Source: a virus (lineage: Duplodnaviria > Caudoviricetes). From it: 63,067 nt of DNA. The DNA lies in the IMG/VR virus record IMGVR_UViG_3300033808_000012, positions 1-63,067 of that record. One strand, 5' to 3'. The notes beneath the pieces were generated by a model that was not told the origin of the DNA, ran no database searches, and was given only the letters and a program-made list of their open reading frames with translations. Shown piece after piece: positions 56,554 to 63,067 of this stretch. The first letter of the stretch is position 1; each line of letters opens with the position of its first letter. Made by a program: the position numbers and the translations under genes.

Positions 56554-57357
56554 CTATTGAGAATAACTGTTATCACTAAGACGAACAGCCTTGATTAGCG
56601 CTAAAAGGTCATGATCCCCGTTTGGCCATGGCATTCGGTTCCAGTATCCCTCGCGATCCTGGTATTCAATGATGGCGTCGCAAGGTCGCACTCGATATGC
56701 GATCCCTCGGAAACGGGGAAGTTGGAGCCACCCTGTCATTGAGAATTGCCGTTTTGGTGAGGATTAAGGTTCAACGCCGAGATTGCGACGCAAATCCTGC
56801 GCTCTCTTGCTCTGTCGCACGATCAATCGAGTGCCGACAACAACCAGCTCCACATCAGGCGTCGTTAGACCTGATGGCAAGATAGTGCGTCGCATAATGG
56901 CCCCTTGCGCCTGCCGAGCAAGCTGAATGTCTCGTGGATCAGTGAGTTTCATTGAGAACCCCTTATTTAGCTAGCGGATGCCAGCCGTGAAGCTTTGGCT
57001 GTTCATCTTCCATGACAATTTCAAGCCAATGCCGCGTTCCTGGCCAATCATCATTCAATCGGTCAACTGTGTTGGCTGCCGCATCGCGAGGGCCACCAAA
57101 GGGAAACCCGCGATAAAAGCGGCCTTCGCGACTTCCGTGACCTTCCCAGCAGATTTGGAATCGTTCTGCCATTGTAATACCTCCATCTAACTGACACGGC
57201 CAACTGGCAAAGCCGCCGACCGCAATAGGTTGATCGCTGTCATCAGACCAGCGATCTGACCCGCGTAATAGAAGTCAGTCTCAGGATCGACATCGCGATA
57301 TTCCTCCTTCACGCGGTCAACCTCCGCTTCCAGCAGTGCGATCAACCAGTCGATCAT
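56554..57357 (-). other. array of four small hypothetical genes (56554-56739, 56764-56952, 56963-57172, 57187-57357)
   Basis: Tightly packed same-strand ORFs. Confidence 0.5.
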
Positions 57358-58454
57358 TGAGTCAAGCTCTTCTCGTGATCGCCGATCTGGCGCATTAGGT
57401 TGCCCCAATCATTCGCTGGTATCCGCTCCATGCGGTCGTACCAAACACCTTTCTCATGCAGCGCATCGGGGGCGGCCCAAGTCGCCTTGATGGCATCAAG
57501 CTCAGCGTAGGTCTTGCACGCTTTGACCTCAGCCAACCGCGCGTCACAGAACGCCTCATCGTCGGAGATCGGCAGATGAAACACATTCTGCTGTTGTGGC
57601 TCCGCCTGCGCGCCAGCGTCCCCCGGCGCGGCAGCAGCAGGCGGCTCCTGCCCCTCCTTGGCAGAAGCTTGTTTCATATTCGTCTCTAGGCTCTTGTTAT
57701 CCGCGACCGTCGCCATCTGTTTCCACTGAGCCATTGGCGATCCAGTCAAGCCACCTAGAGCCTTGCGCTCATGCGCGGCGAGTGTTTTCCACCACGCCTG
57801 AAGCGCATCCTTGCCCTTCTCGGCGGCAATCTTTCCATCAGCAAAGAGTTTCCGGCTGTCGGGAAGCTCGCCAGTTTCAGCATCATGTGGCGGTGTCACA
57901 TCAACCATTTCACGTGGAACATCCTCCGCTTCTTCCCGTGTAACCAAACCTTTAAGCAGATCAGGGAAAGCGTCTCGAATAGCAAAGCCACGAGCACGCT
58001 GCTGAAGCATTCGAGTTGGATATGTGACCCAAGGAGTAGGCTGACCGTCCCGCCCCGTCTTGCCCCATAATCCGGCCTTTTTGGCATCGGCGACTGAGAA
58101 AGAGCGGGAGACATCGACCGCACCTTTCCGCTTGGCAATGCAAGTCGCGACCATTTCGTCGCCTTCGCCCCGCATCGTTTCAATCACATCGATGCAAACC
58201 GGAGATGCTTTGACCAGTGCCAGCGCCGCATCGCCCCAGATGCTGGGCCGACCATTAATGACCGCGATGTTCTGGATCGCTTGCATCGGCGACAGGCCAA
58301 CTTCCGCACCCATCTGAACCGCAACCAATACGTTGCCAGGCTTGCCTTTGTAATCCTTCGGGGCAAGATCGCTTTGCGCCACGAGATCGGCGAAGCGCAG
58401 TGCTTCATCGAAGGTGCGCGGCGCGAGCGAAAGAGCGGGAGTAAGAGAGTTCAT
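57354..58454 (-). CDS. RecT/Redbeta-like single-strand annealing recombinase
   Basis: G.E.GL.PMQA.QNIAVINGRP.IWGDA, W..YP.RML..RARGFA.RDAFPD.L.G. Confidence 0.8.
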   Translation of the reverse strand: MNSLTPALSLAPRTFDEALRFADLVAQSDLAPKDYKGKPGNVLVAVQMGAEVGLSPMQAIQNIAVINGRPSIWGDAALALVKASPVCIDVIETMRGEGDEMVATCIAKRKGAVDVSRSFSVADAKKAGLWGKTGRDGQPTPWVTYPTRMLQQRARGFAIRDAFPDLLKGLVTREEAEDVPREMVDVTPPHDAETGELPDSRKLFADGKIAAEKGKDALQAWWKTLAAHERKALGGLTGSPMAQWKQMATVADNKSLETNMKQASAKEGQEPPAAAAPGDAGAQAEPQQQNVFHLPISDDEAFCDARLAEVKACKTYAELDAIKATWAAPDALHEKGVWYDRMERIPANDWGNLMRQIGDHEKSLTQ

Positions 58455-58556
58455 TCTAAACCTTTCTAACGCGCATGGCCGGGACATTCCGAGCCATCAT
58501 AGGCACATCGTCCGTACCACATATTGATCCAGCACCAGAGCCAGCAGAGATGGCAT

Positions 58557-58850
58557 TCAGCCATTGGCGCGCGCCATCGCCGCCTGACCGAGCGGCGTAT
58601 CCTTGAGTTGGCCCAATGCGCGCTCGTATAGCTCGATCAGCGTTTCCTCTTCGTCAATGTCATCCTTGTTGCGGGCGCGGCGCTTGATGACCTGACGCAT
58701 GATCTTGACATCGAAGCCCCGGCCTTTAGCTTCGGCGAAGACTTCTTTCTCGTCTTCCTTCAACGCCTTCTGCTGCTCACGCAGCCGCTCGATACGCTCG
58801 ATGTAGCGCTTGAGTTCGTCGCCCGCGATGCTATTGTGGCCTTCAGCCAT
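58557..58850 (-). CDS. gapR: GapR-like (DUF2312) nucleoid-associated protein
   Basis: LKRYIERIERL......D.KEVFAEAKGRGFDVKIMRQVIK.R......EEE....LY..ALG. Confidence 0.9.
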   Translation of the reverse strand: MAEGHNSIAGDELKRYIERIERLREQQKALKEDEKEVFAEAKGRGFDVKIMRQVIKRRARNKDDIDEEETLIELYERALGQLKDTPLGQAAMARANG

Positions 58851-59023
58851 GTTTTCACCTATCTGTAATGATTATTTTGATTGATAGCGCTGGACTAGTT
58901 CGTGATCGATAGCTCGCGTGGCATCTACGTACTCTCGATTTCTCTTCAAGCGGCGTGTCCGGCTCCGACTGCCACGGACCATCGCTCCAAGCGGACTTAT
59001 CTACAATCGTCCATTGCATCGTT

Positions 59024-59404
59024 TCAGTCATCGTCATCATCCATCACTTTAAGGGTGAGTTTGGCGAGCGCTTTGGGGAGTGCTTTTTCAACCGCTGCCG
59101 CAAATATCTCCGGTCTGTCGCGCAACCAATGACCGATGTATGCCTGCATAGCGTCTTTCATCGCCGAATGCAGCGAGGCCTCAAACTGCTCCCGTGGAGA
59201 CTGTGGCTCCGATGACATTCCGAGCATCGTCCAATGATCGCGTCGCGGCTCTGGCTTCTTGTCCGATGTGATCGCGCATTCAACGAGGCGCTGAAGGTCG
59301 TAACGGCGCAGCACATCCTCGACGGCAGCCGGAACCTTCGCCTTAATCGCTTTCTCGACCACATCATAGTCGAGTTCGATGAATACCTTGGGCATCCTAA
59401 CCAA
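59024..59404 (-). CDS. hypothetical protein
   Basis: ORF in operon. Confidence 0.55.
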   Translation of the reverse strand: MVRMPKVFIELDYDVVEKAIKAKVPAAVEDVLRRYDLQRLVECAITSDKKPEPRRDHWTMLGMSSEPQSPREQFEASLHSAMKDAMQAYIGHWLRDRPEIFAAAVEKALPKALAKLTLKVMDDDDD

Positions 59405-59413
59405 ATCCTTCCT

Positions 59414-59834
59414 TTACGCTAGCGCGCGCACGACGCACGCGATGATGATGGCCCACAGCGCGAAGCCGATCAGCGTACCGTAGGCGATGCCGCGAGCGGG
59501 CGCGAGATCGTCGTCGAGATGATCGATCATGGCGTCGGCTCCACAACCGGGCGCGGTAGTTCAGCCTTGAAGCGGTCGTAGGCTGCGTTGTGGCGACGTG
59601 CGGTCGCTAGCGCCTCATGCTCCCAACGTGTCACGCTTCCCATAACGGTTTCGCCCGTCAGCGTATCGCGCACGTACCAATTCGGGCCTGCGGATTTAAC
59701 AAGGTAGCGGTTCATGGCAGTGCTGCCCATCCAAAGACAAAGAGTGCGAGGCACGCGAGGGCGAAGATAAAGCCGCCAATCCAGCGCCAAGCCGCTGTTG
59801 GACGCGGCGCAAACGAGGGCTTCGCATTATCCAT
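59414..59834 (-). other. three small coupled genes: TM peptide 59414-59530, ORF 59527-59715, TM peptide 59712-59834
   Basis: Hand translations with ATGA overlaps and single hydrophobic helices. Confidence 0.5.
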
Positions 59835-59866
59835 GTGCGCGGCGAGCGCGCGGTGGAAGGTGATCA

Positions 59867-60115
59867 TCACCACCCTCCCGTAATGTCGTCGCAGCGGCGG
59901 CGCAGCTCGTGATAGCGCGCGCTAAACGCATCGCGCTTGGCGAGCCATTCGTCTGCCTTGGCGTAGTCGCCCTCCGCCTCATACTCGTTGGCGTAGGCTT
60001 CCGCGTCCTCGGCGGCGTCGGATAGTTCCGCCATTTCCTGTTCCAGTAGGTAAGTGCCGCCATCGCCTGGCGGATCGTAGTAGTCTCGCACTGGGAACCG
60101 AATGATGGATGCCAT
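59867..60115 (-). CDS. acidic hypothetical protein, first gene of the leftward early operon
   Basis: MASIIRFP start after GGAGG. Confidence 0.6.
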   Translation of the reverse strand: MASIIRFPVRDYYDPPGDGGTYLLEQEMAELSDAAEDAEAYANEYEAEGDYAKADEWLAKRDAFSARYHELRRRCDDITGGW

Positions 60116-60136
60116 TGCGTCCTCCGATTTGCGCTC

Positions 60137-60165
60137 ACCGTATAGATGGCTTGATACCATGTCAA
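60137..60165 (-). promoter_or_regulatory. sigma70-like leftward promoter with possible operator
   Basis: TTGACA-17nt-TACGGT; ATGG-N7-CCAT dyad between the boxes. Confidence 0.6.
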
Positions 60166-60214
60166 TACATTTTTTTTCCTAGACACGCGATTTTTTTTGC
60201 GCTAGGGTCAAGGA

Positions 60215-60403
60215 ATGTTCACAGCGGCAGACTTGCGCCTTGCGCTACGCGATCTCAAGATGAAGCAACGAGCTTTCGCCCGCCATATCGACTATTCGCC
60301 GGAGCAGGTGAACCGATGGACGCGAGGCAAGAAGCCGATCCCCACATGGGTCGAGCACGTTGTTTCGCAGCTTCGCACGGAGCAGGAAAGCGACGCCAAT
60401 TAG
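60215..60403 (+). CDS. Cro/XRE-like HTH regulator
   Basis: L..L.MKQ.AFA..I.Y....V.RW..G..PIP; divergent from the early promoter. Confidence 0.8.
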   Translation: MFTAADLRLALRDLKMKQRAFARHIDYSPEQVNRWTRGKKPIPTWVEHVVSQLRTEQESDAN

Positions 60404-60421
60404 TCAAATGCGGAGATTACG

Positions 60422-61413
60422 TTGACACTAGAAATGCTGGAAAGCGATCTAATCACCAAAGCGTGCGACTGGGCATTCGCTCGTAAATTTGCATCGCTTG
60501 AAGCAACAAAGGGTGCGAATTGCGATCCTGCCTGTTGGGTTAAGCTCGGAGAAGCTGAATCGGCGCTAAATCGCGCCGTGGACGCCTATCTTGATGCTCA
60601 CTAGATTGCCTAATCTAATGGATGACGTTGGAGAATTGATCTTATCTGCGCGCGAGCAGCTTGTTCTGCGCTATCTCCATGCAGGTCATTTCATGGAGGC
60701 TAATGAGCGCATGATTGGCGATGAGTTGGTGCGTGCAGGGGACAAATTTTGGCATCGACAGCCGTACCGCGTAGCGCGCGGAATCGCACTTTCTCTTCGC
60801 CGTAAAGGATTAGTCTATCATTTGCCTGATTTGCGAGCTTGGAGAATTACTGATGCGGGGCGCGCAGCCATTCAGAATATGGATTTAGAATGATTGACAA
60901 TGAATTAATAGAAATTGCTCGCGAATTTCGCGAAGGCATCCTTGATGGCGACGAGCCAAGCGGACGCTGCGCTATGGTCGCATGGCCCTTGGAAGGTTAT
61001 CTTGCATTTCTCGGTGTCAATATCCGCGCGGTCAAGTGCGAATATCCGCACGATCACATAATGTCATGGGATTGGGCGAACCATGTCTGGCTTGAGTTAG
61101 AGGATGGGCGCGTTCTTGATCCGACCGCTGACCAGTTCGATATTGGATTACCAGCCATCTATCTCGGGCCGCGCGATCCCCGTATTCACCTAATTGTATC
61201 ATCTCAATGACTGACGAAATTCATATCGCTACCGGACGGCTAACAGGCGAAGTTTTTATGGGGCAAATCATACTCCGCATTGATTGTGCGAGCGATGAAG
61301 AGGCTCAGCTATCTTTCGATGCACTGCTGGAGATGTGGCACAAAACTGGTAAACTCACTCTTAGCGGAACGCTGCGTCCTAGTGAGAACCACAAATCTAG
61401 TGAGCACGAATGA
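60422..61413 (+). other. four small hypothetical genes (60422-60604, 60591-60893, 60890-61210, 61207-61413)
   Basis: Coupled ORFs; 60890-61210 has C...HVWL...LDPTADQF (transglutaminase-like triad pattern). Confidence 0.55.
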
Positions 61414-61628
61414 CTGATGATGCCCAGCCTATTGAGACAGCCCCAAAGGATGGCTCAGAGGTCTACATTGCGGTAGGTGGAAAGGCACGAGCCTATTGGG
61501 ATGATGAATTGCAGGCGTGGGTGTTGTCTCGTCCCTTGCATGTCGAATCTGTACGCAGCCCGCATGAATGGTGGCCTGTGCCACCGCCGCGCAGGATCAT
61601 TGGGCCTTTTGGTTACAAAGACGACTAG
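61410..61628 (+). CDS. DUF551-like protein
   Basis: QPIETAPKDG...P.EW.PVP.P. Confidence 0.7.
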   Translation: MTDDAQPIETAPKDGSEVYIAVGGKARAYWDDELQAWVLSRPLHVESVRSPHEWWPVPPPRRIIGPFGYKDD

Positions 61629-61642
61629 CGTAATATTCCTAT

Positions 61643-62071
61643 TTGGTGAGGACGATGCTCACTTATCGACAAAATCATGCACCCGCCATCACTCATATGG
61701 GATCGCCTGTGTGGACCCCGGAAGAAGATGCTCGTGCTATAGAATTGGATGAAGCGGGCAAGAGCTTCACAGAAATCGGGAAAGAACTTGGGAAAACGCG
61801 AAATGCCGTAAGCAGTCGGTTAAGGCGCATTGCACATTGGAAGAGTAATGCTCCTCGCAATGGCGTAGGAAGCCAGCCGCGTCTTAAATCTGTTATGCGC
61901 GTTCAGTCTGCGGAGGAAATGCCTTTTGCTACAGCAGATGAAGCTGATTGCTATCGAGCCGGTTTTATGGATGCCGCTCTTTTACATTTTGGAACTGATA
62001 AGCTTCGTGAAGCGCAGAGAATAAGGAAATTGATGATAGCAGCCAGCAAAATTGCTGGGCCATTATCGTAA
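61643..62071 (+). CDS. GcrA-like HTH protein
   Basis: WT.EED.....L...GKS..EIG.ELG.TRNAV..RL.R. Confidence 0.65.
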   Translation: MVRTMLTYRQNHAPAITHMGSPVWTPEEDARAIELDEAGKSFTEIGKELGKTRNAVSSRLRRIAHWKSNAPRNGVGSQPRLKSVMRVQSAEEMPFATADEADCYRAGFMDAALLHFGTDKLREAQRIRKLMIAASKIAGPLS

Positions 62072-62804
62072 TGTGTCCTTTAGACTAGGACGAACATGGC
62101 AAAAACATTTTCCTTTTCCAACTCTAAATCCGTTTTTAGGAGGTCCACTTGGAACTGGGTCAGCCCCTCAAACGCCATTCGGTAATTCCGGTTCGCTTCC
62201 CAATGCCAGCGTCGGAGCCATCCAGAGCGCCTACAATGCCCTTATCGCCCAGCAAAACGCCCTCGCCCAACAGCAAGCCTTCCAAAACACCCTTACCACT
62301 CAAGCAGGACTGATGAGCGTCGGAGGATTAACAGCCGGTGCTATCCCAGCTTTTGCGCCAATCAAGTGTGAACCGCTTGACAAGGCTGGAATGACGTTTG
62401 GTGAGTTTGTCGGCTGGCGTATCTGGGGCATCAAGGACGGCTATCTTCAAAGCTACAGTGCCCAATATACATGGGTTCCTGGGATAGCCGCCGAAGGTAA
62501 GCCGGGAGACCATGATGGCGGCGGTTTATGGGCCTTCAAAGACCCCGCTAAAGCGCTCCATAAGCTCCTAGAGCAGCATGTTCCATCGGCGATTGGCTCA
62601 ATCTGGATGTACGGGGATGTCGTCGAACATTCGGACGGCTATCGCTCTCAATATGCGATGGTGCGCTCGATTGAAGACGTGCATACCCCGCGCGATGACA
62701 ATCATCGCTGGTGGAAGCTGCTGGAGAAAGACGACAAGCCGCTGATCCTAAGCGCACTACGCGAACGCTATCTTCCTCCTAGTGAGAACAAGGCTTTAGA
62801 ATGA
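62052..62804 (+). CDS. hypothetical protein (start uncertain)
   Basis: GWRIW..L.S...W.PG...GG.WAFK...G.V.EH..GYR. Confidence 0.65.
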   Translation: MLGHYRNVSFRLGRTWQKHFPFPTLNPFLGGPLGTGSAPQTPFGNSGSLPNASVGAIQSAYNALIAQQNALAQQQAFQNTLTTQAGLMSVGGLTAGAIPAFAPIKCEPLDKAGMTFGEFVGWRIWGIKDGYLQSYSAQYTWVPGIAAEGKPGDHDGGGLWAFKDPAKALHKLLEQHVPSAIGSIWMYGDVVEHSDGYRSQYAMVRSIEDVHTPRDDNHRWWKLLEKDDKPLILSALRERYLPPSENKALE

Positions 62805-63067
62805 CAAAACCTACTATCGTTCCATTTGAACGACCCAAAGACGCTGATGAGATGTATCAGCGACTCCTTGGTCTTGCGGATCGCGCTCGAACGGGAGAAT
62901 TTGATGCGATTTACATCGTCGCAACCGCGCCAGATCATAGGTGGATGACTATGTTGTTGGGCCGTCCGCAAAGCGCACTCGAAAAAGTTGGCGTGTTGGA
63001 AACCCTAAAGATGGACTTACTTTTTGATCATTCTCCACCGCAACCAGATTTACCATCAACCAAATCG
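62801..63067 (+). CDS. hypothetical protein (89 aa) spanning the circular join
   Basis: MTKPTIVPF...PSTKS; stop TGA at 128-130 after circularisation. Confidence 0.65.
   Translation, partial: MTKPTIVPFERPKDADEMYQRLLGLADRARTGEFDAIYIVATAPDHRWMTMLLGRPQSALEKVGVLETLKMDLLFDHSPPQPDLPSTKS

Noticed and set aside
62941-63067. Biological direct terminal repeat
   Set aside because: The length of 127 matches a common assembler k-mer and the repeat falls mid-gene; best read as circular overlap
1-63067. Stop-codon reassignment
   Set aside because: Core genes are intact in the standard code and all three stop codons are used at coupled gene ends

Overview
Apparently complete, circularly permuted ~62.9 kb tailed-phage genome: bases 1-127 are identical to 62941-63067, and one ORF reads through the join. 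The structural module is podovirus-type and resembles BPP-1/epsilon15/T7: portal, scaffold, major capsid, cement protein, tail tubular A x3, tail tubular B and large ejection proteins. Replication uses a Prim-Pol plus a VapE/VirE helicase. Other recognisable genes are a Cre-like tyrosine recombinase, a DNA methyltransferase, a RecT-like recombinase and a DUF1906-type endolysin. GapR- and GcrA-like genes and a rhizobial-type dif-like site point to an alphaproteobacterial host. Four features stand out. (1) At least 7 structural-region genes, including the tail-fibre/tailspike-like ones, encode Sec signal peptides and mostly Cys/Ser/Thr-rich proteins, and two O-antigen-ligase/O-oligosaccharyltransferase-like genes sit directly behind these clusters. 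This suggests periplasmic folding and glycosylation of virion appendages. (2) Both ligase-like genes share an identical candidate +1 frameshift site. (3) The scaffold's C-terminal SAAD(R/K)RY motif is reused by three small proteins, like a capsid-loading tag. (4) The large terminase is unusual: a degenerate ATPase fused to an intein-bearing ATPase, with the nuclease part split off. All family assignments come from motif recognition by eye; no searches were run.
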